This document shows, in pieces, positions 38,825-53,120 of a stretch of DNA of 64,000 nucleotides. The stretch lies in the NCBI RefSeq assembly GCF_009914755.1, contig NC_060937.1; one strand, given 5' to 3'. Source of the stretch: the human T2T-CHM13v2.0 reference genome, Homo sapiens. A program made the position numbers and the translations under genes. The notes below the pieces were generated by a model. That model was not told the origin of the DNA. It saw nothing but the letters and a program-made list of their open reading frames with translations, and made no database searches. The first letter of the stretch is position 1; each line of letters begins with the position of its first letter.

Positions 38825-41800
38825 TCATTTATTCTTCGGTGTTGCTATCTTTTGGACACTAAAAACACATTTGCAATACAATATACTATAAGCAGTTAAA
38901 CTGGCAAGGCAGGGAACTGTGCAGTAGTCCGATATAAGAACAATTAATACAAGTTTTGTCAGTAAAAAAGCAAATGTTGTCATAGAACATAAAATACAAA
39001 TTATAAATATATGTAGTATGGGAAATCTCTTGTAGTCCCAGAAAAACTCTCCATGGAACCAAGGATCACAATAGAATAGATGGTATAGAAAGAGCACACT
39101 AACCATGTTTTTAAAAATGTATTATTATTTAAATACTGTATTATTATATTACATATGGTATACCATGCTTATACATAACTATTTTTGAATTATAATTATA
39201 ACCAAGCGATTAGTATAAAAATGAAATAATATTAAACAGTATAAATTACATATTCAATGCATGTAATCTAATCTCAAAATATTTTGAAATAAGGGCCTAT
39301 TGAATAGAATTCAGAACTAATTAGAAGGCAGATGGAAGCATTGTTTTTTTCCAGAGTTCAGTATGCATTATGTTGGCAGCCAAACCAATAAAAGGTAAAG
39401 ATCATTATTGTGACAATTCTGGAATCTCATTATTTTTGATAAATAATCAAATTAACTCTTGCTTGGGATGCTAGGAAAGAGTTAACTAAGAAATAACTTA
39501 TAAAAAGTGACACATAAAACTTTTAGACAATTGTGTTTTTAAATACACATTCTGATATATCAACACTCCACTTAAATATAGCTTTTGAGATCTATGGATT
39601 AAAGGGGAATTTGGATTAATCATATTAAAGAAATAAACTGGATTTTGGGGTTATTATTCATAAATCTGTATCAGAAATTATCTGCTGAAGCTTAGCTGAA
39701 AAGTCTTATAATTTTGTTCTGAGCAGGGTAGTGGATAATTGAGGCAAATGGCTGATCAGTGCAGTCTCAAACAACATGCTTTTGCTGTCTTGGAAGGTGT
39801 GTTGGATTAATATGGTACATTTGAATTTAGATAATTACCTCAATTACCTGTGTTCCAGAAGTGCATTTATATTTATTTGTGAGCCATTTGGTAGTTATCA
39901 ATAAATTTGTAAAGATTCTAGGGCATATCTCATTAATATCTGATAATTAAATATACATTTTCAAAATTTACTACATGATCTTATGAAAAATGATATCAGA
40001 ATGTTAAAGTTTTAATTAAAAATGACACTTAATAACATAATATGATCTTTTGTTTCAGTCAGCTCCACATTGACTTTTCTTTTAATTTGTTCTTATACTA
40101 TAGCCTTAAATGATACCCCCATGAGCATAGCCTAAAATACATTTATGAAATAATTTTAAGAATTTTTCTGACATTGTTCCATATTTAATGATGATATACT
40201 AGATCATCTAAAATTTAGAAGACATTTCTCAGCTTTATTTATAAAGTATGAATTCCATGACATATGGCTGTTATTTTAGAACCCACAGCAAAATTTTCTT
40301 GGTGAATTAGGTGATCAAAATGACTTTTAAGTTTTATGAAAAAGGAGCTTTGTATCACTTATTGATATGTCTTCAGTATTCTCAGCTATGTCTGTCAAAG
40401 AGTAGGTGCTTAAAAATGGTTTTTCAATGAAAGAATGAATATTCTTCACATTTGCTAGATCCTTCTATTAAAGCTATGTGCAAATTGTTTCTGATTTGTT
40501 GTAAATAAAGATGAACAACGCAAAATACTATAATAATATATGCAATTTTATTTTTGCCTATTTCATATCTCTCAGAGAACCAGGGACATAACTCAGATAG
40601 GCATAATGTCTACCATTAGAGTTTATTTTGCCTTCACAAATTTTTACAAATATACAAAATACAAAATAAATTAAAAAGTTAAATCTTTATGAATATTATG
40701 TTTAGGGAAGTCATCTGAGCAGAAATCTCTTAAAGTTTAACTATTACCTTTGATAATATCTTTGTTATTATCTTTGATATTCCACAGAGAATGCAAACCG
40801 TAGTCATAACCTTGGCATATAACATTTCATAAGAAAACTATCTTGATTAATACATAGCTAGCAACTAGCTGTTTCAATTAGAATATTGCAAATACAGCTT
40901 TAAAAAATAAATACAACTTCATTTTACAGACATTGTCAGAGTCTTTATATTGTGTGATTTACATTTCCAGAAAATGTAGTTCACTTAAAGAGGAATAAGA
41001 TGTGTGAGTTAAAGTGAGTCTATGTTTATATCTTTGTGTGCTGGGGCATCAGAATTGGTTTAACACTGATTTGAGGACAACTGGATCAATACAGAATGAA
41101 AAGAATCTTGACAAAGGAAAGCAAAATGAGTGGTGTATTCTTTAGCTTTAAATCAAGTTATATCTTTACTCCTATATTCAATTTTAATGTGATTGCTCAA
41201 CCATATATGATGATTTAGATTGAAGGACTGACGATATGAACATTTCTGTAGAGAAAGTATTTATGAAGAAGCTGAAGGGGAGGTGCAGCATGGATCATAA
41301 ACCTTTTCAGTGTGTTATAGAGAATAAACTAGCTTTCATCATAGATATCTATCACTTGCTTGTTTGGTAGTGTCAAATACCTATTTTTTTTTCTCTATTA
41401 GCTCTTTTCTCCCCTACCATCTTCTGTCTTCATGTTAATATTTTGCCCATGGCCCCTTACTTAATATATAAATGATATTTCTTTGAAAAAATAAAAAGAG
41501 CATTTATTATTTTTTGAATTGGGCAACAATACAAACAACAATTTTAACTATTCCAGTTATGATTTGTCTATTATCAATAGGTCTCACTGGAATATTCAGA
41601 GTGGATAAAAGAGTACGTGCTTGATTAGGCATATTCTGAATTGCTAAACCAGAGAAGAGATGCAAAAATACATACTTCTGGTTCCTTTTTTCAATTACTG
41701 ACTATGGCTCACTACATTCTGTAATAAAATTTTACTTGAAAAAACACAAAATGGAAATAAAAAAGATAAATTAGTGAAGTTTTCATAATAGTAGATGTAT

Positions 41801-42496
41801 TCAATTTAAATGAATGTTTTATTGTGAGATTATTTCTTAAATTTTTAATATTAAGAGTTTTTTCTTACGTGACTACATAGTGATAATTTGCTGTTTTTAT
41901 ATCCATGATGGCAAATATTTTTAAAGCTAACCCTATATGTCCTATCGATATATAGGGGTATGTGCAAAATTTGACTTGCTTTTGAAATCCAAAATCTCAG
42001 GAGCAACGTCATTATTGATGAGCCTATTTTTTAGGCTAATTTAAAAATGATTGTATTCCTTTGTCCCACATATTGCATAATGATTATTCCTAATTTCTTT
42101 AGACTTAGAACATCTGTCACAAATTAATAAAAATTACACTCCAAAATTTTTCTGCACAGATTCACTTTTTAATCAGTGTATTTGACTTTTTGTTCCTAGG
42201 TTGCTCTATAGATATGTATCCCTTTGTGATATTAACTGATTGGACATAAGTGTAAGAGAAAGGACCTTGTCTTTAATAGTTGATTATTGCCTCATAAGAT
42301 AACGTCCACCAATGCTTCTAAATCTTGGTCAGAGTCCAAGAATACTTTGATAAACTGCTTGTACTCTCTATCAGGTAATGTAAAACAAAGAAGTTAGGGT
42401 TTGAGAAATAATACCTCATGATTTTTCTATTATCTCCAGTATTCACTGTGGTTTCCTTAGCCTTGTTTATATAAAATAAAGCATTTGGGTTTCATT

Positions 42497-42910
42497 TACT
42501 CATTCACTTGATTCAGTGATTTATTGAAGACCTGACCTTTGTAAGCACAATCCAGGCATTGAGAATACAAGTTAACCAGGCAGAAAAGATCTCCATACTC
42601 CTGGTAAATATTAGCATCATCATAATCCTATGATATTCTTAATTCCAGATTTAGCCTTAAAACAAATATCCTTGAGGGCTTATCACTGGCCAGAAATTGT
42701 TTTAGTTCCCGAAGAATTAATAGTGAACCTAACAAACTGTTCTTCTGCTATTGGAGTTTAGATTCTAGTAGGGATGGGAAACAAGAGCAAATATACCAAT
42801 AAATGCACGCCAGATGGGAGAAACTGAAATGAATAAATATTCAAGATAGAAAGTAAGGGTTGGGGTGAGACAAAACTTCTCTGATTAGTTAATACTTAAG
42901 TAGAAAGTAG
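42497..42910 (-). mobile_element. L2 3' end fragments
   Basis: CATTCACTTGATTCAGTGATTTATTGA...GGCATTGAGAATACAAG; GGAGTTTAGATTCTAGTAGGG. Confidence 0.6.
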
Positions 42911-43149
42911 AATACTATATCCAGTGAAAGAATCCAAAAATAACCACTTTTTTTCACTCCTCTTTGAAAATCAAAATTTTCATGTGATTAATTGTTTAAA
43001 TGAATTTTATAAGAATACCCTTTATAAGGATGTGCTGGTGTTAAACTATTTTATGTATTTAATGAAATGTTATTTTTGGATTATTTCATTGTATATATTA
43101 TTCTATTCAGTTTCTCTATTTTTAATAAAAAAGTATATAGTATAAAAGA

Positions 43150-44140
43150 TCATAGAAACATTGAAAGAAAATATAACCCCATATTTGGACATTTTACTTA
43201 ACTATCTTGGCAATGGATAGATCAAACTGGTCAAACAACAGTAAGAATGTTAAAGATTTGACCGACACAATGAATGATGGAAATATAAAAGATATCCACC
43301 CAAACAGTAGAGTTCCACTAATTTTTTTTTCAATCATATGTGAACCTTTACAAAAATTAACTTCATCCTATGCTCTAAAAGAAGGCTTACCAATTTTAAA
43401 GGTAAGTGTTATACAGTTAGCACTATCTGACAATGATTCTGTTACATTAGAAAGCTAGCCACAAAAAAGATAAGCAAGAAACTTCCATGAATTTAGAAAT
43501 GTAAAAGCACTGTTCTAAGTAATTGACAGGTAAAAAAAAATCAAAATAGGCATTAGAAAATAGTAACAATTTTTTTAAAGTTATTATGTATCCAAACTTG
43601 TGTAATGTAAATGAAATGAAACTCAGGTGGGAATATATAGGCTTAAATTTTATATTAGAAAAAAAAGAAAGGCTAAGTTTAATGAGTTAAGCATCCAATT
43701 TTAAAAGTTAAATGACAAAAACTATAGAATAAACCTAAAGAAAACTGAAAGTAGACCTTAATAAAGAGGCACTGTCTCTGAAGCCAGATTGTCTACATGT
43801 GAATCTGTAATCCCCTTTCCTAGTGTTTTGACCTTGAGTAAGTAACTTAAGCTCTCCATTTTCCTCATTTATAATGTATAGGGGATAGTAATAGTACCTG
43901 CCTCACAAAGCTGTGGTGAGGATCAAATGAGCAAATATATAAAGGATACAGGGTGTCAGGATTTTACTCAGTAATTTGTGGTTAGCCCTCATTATTAAAA
44001 GAGCAGAAATTAATTAAGTTGAGATAAAACAGGTCTTAAACAAAGTCAAAACTGATTATCTAAAAAGAGTAATAACATGGACATGCCCCTTTCAATCCTG
44101 ATTAGGAAAATACAGGAATGGCCCAAATCAACAATCTTTA
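43150..44140 (+). mobile_element. old L1ME ORF2 endonuclease-region fragment, interrupted by a MIR
   Basis: ORF 43207..43458 (MDRS...KNVKDL...LSDNDSVTLE) resembles the L1 EN SDH motif region. Confidence 0.75.
43765..43997 (+). mobile_element. MIR SINE
   Basis: Core TGACCTTGAGTAAGTAACTTAAGCTCTC..TTTTCCTCATTTATAA...AATAGTACCTGCCTCACA. Confidence 0.85.
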
Positions 44141-44709
44141 CAAAGAGCAGACAGGCTATGAGGAAGAAGCAACCACATATGACTCTTTCAATAACTTTAC
44201 TGTGAGGGGCATCATACAAAACAGGGTAGTATCTGGAGACATGTTGGAGACAAGTGAGATTTAAAAAATTAGATTTTTAAAAATGATGGGCTAGGTTAAG
44301 GGAACCTTGTATGCAGATGGCAAAGATTCAGCTGAACGGGAACATATTAAATCTCTTGAGAGGTCAGCAATTCATAGGATAGTAGACAAAGGCCATGAAA
44401 AATAAATTGTTTATAAGTGAGGCTAAGTTTAAATAAAAAATATACAATGAGACTTTTTTCAAATTTTATTTTTTTAAAGACTGCACTGATTTTGCTGGAG
44501 AAAGAGGTCTTAATTTGGGAGCAACTGAATATTGAGAGCCAAATCTCTGCTAGGCATCCTGTTAAGAGGAAAACCTCTTGTTAACAAGACAGGCATGACT
44601 GTTATTTGTTTAATGTATTTACAGTTTTGAGAGAAGAAAAAGAAAAACTTCAGTCAGGAATTAAAGCCAGATACACTAGTTTAAGTGAATCCATAATCTT
44701 TGGACCCCC

Positions 44710-45085
44710 CCACAGGACTTTCATATTTGCCCTCTTGCCTGAAACATTACTACCCCTAAGTATCATGCCAATATCTGCCTGGCTCACTCATGCACATCAT
44801 GTCAGTCTCTTCTGTGGTGTCCCCTCCTCAGTGAAGCCATTTCTTCCCACACAATCTAAATAGCACCCTCTTCATCCTTATTGTGACGCTACCTCATATT
44901 TCTCCCGTAGTTCCTACCATTTCCTTACGTTAGATATTTTTCTATTTTTTTAATTTTTTTCTGCCTCTCATTGAAAAGCTAAATTATTTGAGGAATTTTT
45001 TTGTGTTTCCTGCTGTGTCTTCAAGACCTAAGATAGTACCTGACATTTATATTGTCCTTGAAAAATTGCTAATGGAAGGAATGAA
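44710..45085 (+). mobile_element. L2a 3' end
   Basis: CCTCCTCAGTGAAGCCATT, ACCTAAGATAGTACCTGACA; tail merges into a (GGAA)n/(GAAT)n tract. Confidence 0.7.
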
Positions 45086-45089
45086 AGAA

Positions 45090-45140
45090 GGAAGGAAGGA
45101 AGGAAGGAAGGAAGGAAGGAAGGAAGGAAGGAAGGAAGGA
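45090..45140. repeat. (GGAA)12 microsatellite in a purine-rich tract extending to about 45210
   Basis: 12 perfect GGAA units counted at 45090-45137. Confidence 0.97.
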
Positions 45141-45528
45141 GGGAGGGGGAGGGAGGGTAACAGGGAGGAAGAAATGAATGAACGAATGAAGGAAGGCAAA
45201 GAATAAATGAATGCAGTTGATTTTGCCTTCAATCTAGGCATAGATTTTTGTTTTCTTTCACTTGCCACCCACACTGAACCCCAATCCTGATAATGCTACC
45301 TCTAAATACATTTGGATTCTTTCATTGCCATTACCCTGCTTCAATATACATCCATCTATTTTCCAGAGCTTAGTAATAGCCTCCTAAATTCTATTTCTTC
45401 CCTATTTCTTTGCTTTTACTTAATCTCTTGAAATCTATTTACTTCCTAGAACTCAAGTCCTCTTTTTAAAACAGAAATCAAATATCATGACTTCTTATGA
45501 CTTACCTTCTCTTAAAAGGAAAAATCCA

Positions 45529-45855
<327 letters not shown>

Positions 45856-46348
45856 TTACTTAGAATACTCTGATTTTTTACTGGATCCTTCAAGAGCCGG
45901 TTGTATGATTTGACCATTAATTCATAATCTCTTACATAATTTCCATACTCTTTACTCTTGTTCTCTCTTCACTCTAACCATACTGGTCTTCTGATATTCA
46001 AGCTCCTTTTCAGGTCAGAACCCTTGACTTTGATATATTTTATTTCTAGCACTCCTTTCTTATATTTATTGTGGAAGACTCATAATTCATGGCCCAGTTT
46101 AAATAACATATATCCAGATATATCTTTTCCTTACTATCCCACTCTCTGTATCTGCAATTATTCCCTCTTCCAGCTCTCTGTTGACTTTCATTATAGCACT
46201 TGTATGGAAATATGGCTACCATGGTCTTTTCTATTTAAATGGGTTTTAGTTTCTCTTCCTCTATAAAATGCAAAATTCATCAGGTCAGGGTCATAGTGGT
46301 CACTCACTGTTACATACATAGCACCTGGAATCGTATTGGATATGTAAT

Positions 46349-46852
46349 TGTCGGGAACTTTGAAGAGTCAGAGATTTTACTCTCCTTGAAAGCTAACAAG
46401 TTAGTCTGTCCCCCAGGCCATAGATGCTGGAAGGAGACATATTTCTGGCACAGAGACAAAGAACTTGATTACACACACCGTAACAGGCAGCATGTGCTTC
46501 TAGTGTGCCTTAATACCCCTATAACTCACCAGATATCCTCGAGACAGTGTGCAGCAGCCTAGGTGAACTGCGTACATACAGTGGGTCTGTGTTACAGCTG
46601 AGAAACTCCTATTTTTGGAAATCACAGCATTTAAAGGGCTTCAATCAAACCTACTCAACCTTTGTCTTGGAGGGAGACATTTTCATTATTTTTCTAGACA
46701 GCTAACAAATATATTCTGTTCTCCTGAGTGAGACACCATCCCTAACGGCAATCTTGTTTTCTATACAGACATCCTTTGAAGGACAGTCCAGAGCAAAATC
46801 TGGCAATGTCACTGTTCAAAAGACATGGAGAAATACGAGATCCATGCCAACA
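46349..46852 (-). mobile_element. MER76-like ERVL solo LTR
   Basis: TG...CA termini, near-TSD GTAAT/ATAAT; rc resembles the LTR at 11318-12132. Confidence 0.7.
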
Positions 46853-47291
46853 ATAATGAGAATTCAATAAATGTTACTCATTTGATAAAAAATCAGCCTA
46901 ACTATATGTCAGGGTAGGGGTGATAGTAAAAGTTTAGATGAGTACTGGGGAGTTCAGGCAAGCTGAAGGGATTTTGTGGGTGATCCTTTGTAAAGTAACT
47001 ATACATGTGAGCTTGCCAATGTAATATTCTGAGGTGATAGGACAATAGGAATATACGAGTGAACAGTTCAGGCAGATATGCCTGGTAGAAATGCTTCTGA
47101 TTGTGGTCCATTTCTCAGGTTTCTTTTTTCCCCCTGACACTACATTATTCTCTAACGCATTTCTTTGTACGTGATAATTTTCACCAAGCTGATGATTCTA
47201 TTACAGCAGGGATAATATTCTAACAACATAAAAGTTTCAATATCTAATTTCTCATATTTCAATCTTTGTCAATTATTTTAATATTGCAGCA

Positions 47292-47447
47292 TTTATTTTG
47301 CTCCCTATTCCTACTGCACATTGTCCAGAAAATGTTAATGAGATTTGGCTTTCCTTCTTCTTGGGTTTGCATATTCCTGTCTGGTTGAAAAGAAAGCTGC
47401 CTTTCTTTGAAAGCTTGGAAAAAATAGCTTTTGTATATTACACAGGC
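47292..47447 (-). pseudogene. exon 3 (terminal) of a candidate small membrane-protein gene/pseudogene
   Basis: Acceptor caataacattcttgttcttttacag|G; phase-1 frame SLCNIQKLFFPSFQRKAAFFSTRQEYANPRRRKAKSH, TAA at 47337-47335; AATAAA at 47297-47292. Confidence 0.55.
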
Positions 47448-49381
47448 CTGTAAAAGAACAAGAATGTTATTGAATCTAAGTACTGCCTCATAATGTCTAT
47501 ACTACTTTTTATGTCATTCAACTAAAAGCTCTCCTTGTCCAGTGAAGTATGAAATTTTGTATTCAACCCATCACACTTGGTGACATATGCTCCTCTCTTA
47601 GGCAGCCAATGAAGATTCTTTGTATGTCTTCTGTGTCACAGAAACTCTGTTAGGCCCAGGGCTTCAACTGTAAATAAGATATTATTTCTAGCCTAGCCTA
47701 TCTCACAGAGACAAATTTAAATAAATAATTGAAATAGACTTAAATGTTTTACATTAAAATTACTGGCATATTAGTGCCCATATGTGTAACGGTAACAATG
47801 AGTAGGTACAGGCTTGGTACAGGAAATGCCCTTTACACCTCAAAAAAGTGACATTTTATTTGCATATTGGGTGATGAAAAGGAATCCACCAGGCAGAATA
47901 AGAACAAGCAGAAGTAGGGCAGCAGGAGAAAAAAAAACCTTTCAGTCAGAGGAGATATTGAAATTTAAGTGTCATTTGAGAACATGAATTCTGATTTATG
48001 TCATTAATGAGCTCTCTGGCCTCACTGTCTCAGTTTCCTTGTTTGTGGAATGAGGCTATTGAGATAGGTGATTACTAAAATCCAATTGCAGCAGTTTCAC
48101 TCTTATGAAGTTTAGATATTGTTATTTTGTGTTCTGAAATGGTCATGCCTTCATTTGTTTACTATTATGACAAGGTAACTGTTGATAGGACTCTGGTTTA
48201 CTGAAGAAATTCCTTCTTAATGTTTAGGCCATGATCAATAGTTGTTAATCTTTGCTTATGAAAGCAGCGTGATTTCACCATATCAAAACATTTGATAAAT
48301 TCTATTTTAATTCCCATTGTATATTTGAGGTAATATACTTGAAATAAGTCAATCATCAAAAAAGATTTAAGTTATGGGTGAGCTGAGACTGTCAGAGACA
48401 AACTGCTCCATCAACATTTATTCAGAACCTTTTCCTTACTATGAATGTTCAATAAGAAAAAACGTATTCATTCTGTACCTATTAGTGCAGAATTAATACA
48501 GAATATTTCAGATAATTATCTAAATTGCTGATACCTCAAGAGCATGAAAATTGCTCAGACTGGTTATAAATAAAAATTCATTTAGTCATCTTCTAACATT
48601 TTCATTTTTTTTTCAGCTAAGTCTTTTGCCATTTCATTAGCCATGCAATGTAGTATTCATTAAGGAAATTATAATGCAAAACACACAGAGAATTTATTGG
48701 CCTGAACACATTAGCAGGGGTAATATTAAAGGCAAGATGATGTGCTTTATAGTTCATCTTTTGTCCTATATATTTATTTTCCTTTTTATGTCATCTTGTT
48801 TCAGAAAATCTCTCATTCAGATAGAAACCTTTATATCTATAAAAAGATATGAAGTTTCTAACAGTTTACTTAAGATTTGACTTAAATAGCTTTCATCTTG
48901 TAAACTCCTCTTGACCTTTCATTATTTTTAAGCTTAGAACTCTTAGTTTCCTTACTCAAAAATATTATTAGTAGTACCAATGATTTGCCAGACAATTTTG
49001 ATAGGAACATCACAACGCTAGGGCATTTGCTTCATAGGTGCACATTTGTTAGCATCTTATATTATATGCAGATAATTATAACTCATATTATTACCACAGA
49101 TATATGTTAATGTCTAGTTGTCACAAAGCAGAAATGTTAGTTGAGCATAAAAATTAATGTCAGGATGAAGGGGATTATGCTGTCAGCCCTCTTTTACCTT
49201 CCACTTCCCAACTCAGCTGCAGGGATGATCAATGCTGCCATGGACTTAACACATCCAGGAACGTGGGCCTTACATTTTTTCTTATCAGGGTGGTGAAAAC
49301 CAAAATTTAGGAGAACTTTCTGGGAAAGGAGCAACCTCATTTACTTTTAGTTTTTGTTCTGCCTCTTTTCTGCATACTCAC

Positions 49382-49431
49382 TGATGAAGCCAAATGTAAT
49401 AAATACTACACGAGCATTCAGGGCAAATACA
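49382..49431 (-). pseudogene. exon 2 (50 nt) of the candidate small membrane-protein gene/pseudogene
   Basis: catactttgcttctag|T...TCA|gtgagt; phase 2 to phase 1; encodes (L)VFALNARVVFITFGFI. Confidence 0.6.
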
Positions 49432-49834
49432 CTAGAAGCAAAGTATGATCTTTTTCCTTGCCTTGTTTATTGCACATAAATTTCCTCAGGAACTTTTCTG
49501 TGTGACAGCTGGATGATGGGTAAACAATAATCAGTATTTTGGGTCCAATGGCTCAAAAATTCATGTTGGTTGATATAGAATATTATCAAGAATATAAAAT
49601 CCTTAATACATAAATCAATTATAATGATTGATTGATGAACTGATCATAAATCAGTTCACAATGGAACTCAAAGGTGTAAATTTAGGTAAAAACTTTAATA
49701 TTTCTGCATTAAATGCATGAATAACTAAGTAATTTTAGCTTATCCTAAATGCGAATAAATTCAGAAAACATGTATTTTGCGTAGCAGATTTATTAAAATG
49801 AAGTAAGAAAGGGTAATTCCTTATTCCTTATATT

Positions 49835-50010
49835 TATATCAGACTTTATGATTTTCAATATATTCTGACATAAAGAATCTTATTTAATCCTCAAAAAAAT
49901 TATGAGGCTGGTAAGAGAGTGATAGTATCTAAATTTTGCAGATGAAAAAACTGAAGCTGAAAGATTAACTAAAGACACATAGCAACTCAGTGAAAGGACT
50001 ATTATTTCAA
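49835..50010 (-). mobile_element. MIR SINE
   Basis: ATCTTATTTAATCCTCA...TTTTGCAGATGAAAAAACTGAAGCT. Confidence 0.8.
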
Positions 50011-50011
50011 A

Positions 50012-50150
50012 TCAATTAGCATTTATTGAGTGCTTACTACATACAAGGTTTTGTGTGGAGCACTGAGACTAAAGCAGGGAACCAAATAGACAAAAATCCT
50101 TGTCCTGATAGAGCTTAAATTATAGGAGTAAAATACAGGAAATTAGTAAT
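50012..50150 (-). mobile_element. L2a 3' end
   Basis: CATTTATTGAGTGCTTACTAC...ATAGACAAAAATCCTTGTCCTGATAGAGCTT. Confidence 0.8.
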
Positions 50151-50158
50151 ATAATATC

Positions 50159-50535
50159 TGTCTTAGCTCAGGCTGCTATAACAAATTACCATAGACTGTC
50201 TGGGATAGACAACGAACATTTATTTCTCACAATTCTCAAGGTTATAAGTTCAAGATCAAGGTGCCAGCCAATTAGCTTACTGATGAGGACCCCATTTCCG
50301 AATTGCAGTTAGTCAGCTTCTTGCTGTCTCTTCAGATGGCCAAGAGAGGAAGCCCTAGCTCTTTCTAAGAATACTAATTCTGTTGATATCATGGGGGCTG
50401 CATCTTCATGACCTAACCTAATTACATCTCTCAAACCTAATTACATCCCTCAAACTGCACCTACTAATACCATCCCATCGAGGATTCGGATTTCAACATA
50501 TGAAGTTTGGGGAAATAAAAACATGCAATATAATA
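50159..50535 (-). mobile_element. MaLR LTR (MLT1A0-like)
   Basis: TGTCTTAG..GCTGCTATAACAAATTACCATAGACTG, CAAGATCAAGGTGCCAGC, GATTTCAACATATGAA. Confidence 0.88.
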
Positions 50536-51083
50536 TAATATACTGTTCATACTGTTAATAATATACTACTTATATTAGTAAGCTCCCTATCCAATCCCCT
50601 TCATTCCTCATCTAAAACAAGAGTCAAGATTCAATCATTTTACTTCTTCACAGGAATAATAGCTGTCTATATTGGCCATATCTCAGTAAGTAATAGTTTC
50701 AGATCTACATCTCCTTTCCCAATATTCAAGATGAGAGATAAGAAAGTTTTTATCTTGCCCTCACCTAAGAGATCTTATTCTCAAACTTTTGATCTTCTAT
50801 GTCTTATTTCATATTAATTTTCCGGAAATTATTCTTTTCAATTTGTACCAAACTTTAAAGATTGTGATAATAAATAAATGTTCAGTATGAATAGCCTTTC
50901 AAGTCCACCCCTCTGTATGATAAAAATTATCCAAATCATTATTACTTCAAGAGAGAAACTGAGAAGTCTAATGTCTTGAAATCCAATTTAAGCTGTATTG
51001 AAAAAACTGATTCCTTAAATAATATTTTATTATATATAAATTAATTTGTACATGTATAAGCCCAAATCATTTAGAATGTGGAG

Positions 51084-51476
51084 TGCTATGGTTTGAATAT
51101 GACCCCCAAAGTTCATAGGTTGAAAACTTGATCCCTAATGTATAACTGTTAAGAGATGGGACCTTTAACAGGTGATTAGACCATGAAGGCTCTGCCCTCA
51201 TTAACAGATAAACACCATTATTGTGGGAGTGGGTTTGTTGTTATAAGAGTGAGTTCCTTATAAAATAATGAGCTTGGATTATTTCTCTTTCTCTTTCACC
51301 CTCTCTTGCCCTTCTGCCTTTTGCCATGGGATGATGCAGCAAGAAGTCTTGCAAAATGCTGGCCTCTTGGTCTTGGTCTTCCCAGTCTCCAGAACTGTGA
51401 GAAAATAAATTTCTTCTTATTACAAATTACCCAGTCTGTCGTATTCTGTTATAGCAGCAAAAAACAGGCTGAGAGA
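51084..51476 (+). mobile_element. MaLR LTR (MSTC/MSTD-like)
   Basis: TGCTATGGTTTGAAT..., CCAGAACTGTGAGAAAATAAATTTC, TGTTATAGCAGCA. Confidence 0.9.
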
Positions 51477-52749
51477 GGAAGCAACAATGATGGTTAAGTT
51501 TGGTGAATATTTTTGTCTTTTTTATTTTATGTGTACGTCTGTGTGTGTGCGTGTGTTTCAAAATTTTTGTGTTTCGGTTTATGAACTTGGTAACTTCTCT
51601 TTTTAAAAAATGTGTTATATAATAACTATCTCATAATGATAATGTGATAATTTCATTTACTAGTAACTCTAAATTATAGCCCTCACTATCTTCACCTGTG
51701 ATAGAAATAAAAATATAGCCTGAGATGTCAAATCTATCATGAAAACTTTCAAATATATGGTAAACTAACACAGAAACTTTCAAATATGTGGACTTTAAGT
51801 TTTAATTACACACAAAAGATACTGTGTGTAATTGGCATACTCCTATGCATTATTTTTCTATTAAATAAACCTGTATTAAAAATCCAAACCTTTGTTCCGA
51901 TGTATTTTTTTCTTCTAGGAAAGAAAGAGGAGTTCAAATTAAGATCCCATTCACATGACAATCTAAAGAAAACATGTAACTATTACTTCCACGGTAGGCT
52001 TTCAAACTTCTGTGTTTGCAAAATGCTTTTCAAGAATATGAGCATTACTTTCTTTCCTAGCATACATTCTATCAAAGACAATTTCTTTAATTTGTAGTAA
52101 CAGGGTAATGTTATCCTGAATTTGCTATTCATCAGAATATTGCATAATAGAAATGATACATGATAATCAGAGTTTCTAAATTACAGTTAGAATACCATTC
52201 TATCCTATTTTCTTTGAAAAGGCATATGCATGCTTTTTGTCTTCCTATTGATTTCATTCTCTCCAAGAAGACATAAAAGAAGTTGAGGTTATTATGTTTC
52301 ACCCCTTTAGCTGTTATGCTGGCTTCTTTTGCAACCAGAGAAATTTGGGTGATTGTGCCTTACTACAATTAGATGAATAAATAAGCATCTTTACTATCCT
52401 AAGGCTCCTCATAAAAGGCTCCTCATTTTAAGCTCATAAAAGCTTAAAATAAAAATTGTAGTATACTCATTACTATAGTATTCAATGGAGAGCCTCTGTA
52501 GAAAATATTACCAACATCTAATTAAGTACAAATATAACCAAAAGAAACAATGCACCAGTACTTCTCTGAAAGTCAAGCAGTTGTTACAATGAACACTGTC
52601 CATTGGATGCAATCTCTGTATAAACTAAAGTTTTATAATTGGTCACATGTTGTTTAGTTATGCATAAACAAAATGGAGACATCTCTCTCTCTCACTTAAA
52701 CGTTCAGTAGGTATGTTTCTTCTATCCTGTGGATTTCTCCCTTTGTGGA

Positions 52750-53120
52750 GTGTCTCCCTCTTATGCATGATTTGAAGAGTTGCTAGCCTAATAACCCTGC
52801 AGTCTAACCAGCATAGAAGAGAAAAGAGGTCGTAGAAGAACATTCACCCTCTGTTTATCACCCTGACCCAGAAGTTGCTTATGTCACATTCTTTCACATT
52901 CCATTGGCTGGAACATCTCCCTATGGTCATAGCTAGCTAGAACAAAGGTCTGAAAATGTCATAATTCCTCTGTTTTTCCTCCTCCTCTGCCTTCTCTTCC
53001 TATTTTATCTTTTACTCTTTTACTGGGGAGAGATGGCTGAAAAAAAATTATAGAGTGTTTACTACAATGAAATAGAATGGAAAATAAATATTGGGAGATA
53101 ATGAAACAATCACTACTGTA
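52750..53120 (-). mobile_element. ancient MaLR LTR fragment (MLT1J/K/L-like)
   Basis: CCCAGAAGTTGC..ATGTCACATTC..TCACATTCCATTGGCTGGAAC. Confidence 0.5.

Noticed and set aside
42200-42374. Plus-strand exon-like unit (tttttgttcctag|G...CAG|gtaatg, 175 nt)
   Set aside because: All three frames are closed and no partner exons were found; cannot be told from chance, though a lncRNA exon is not excluded
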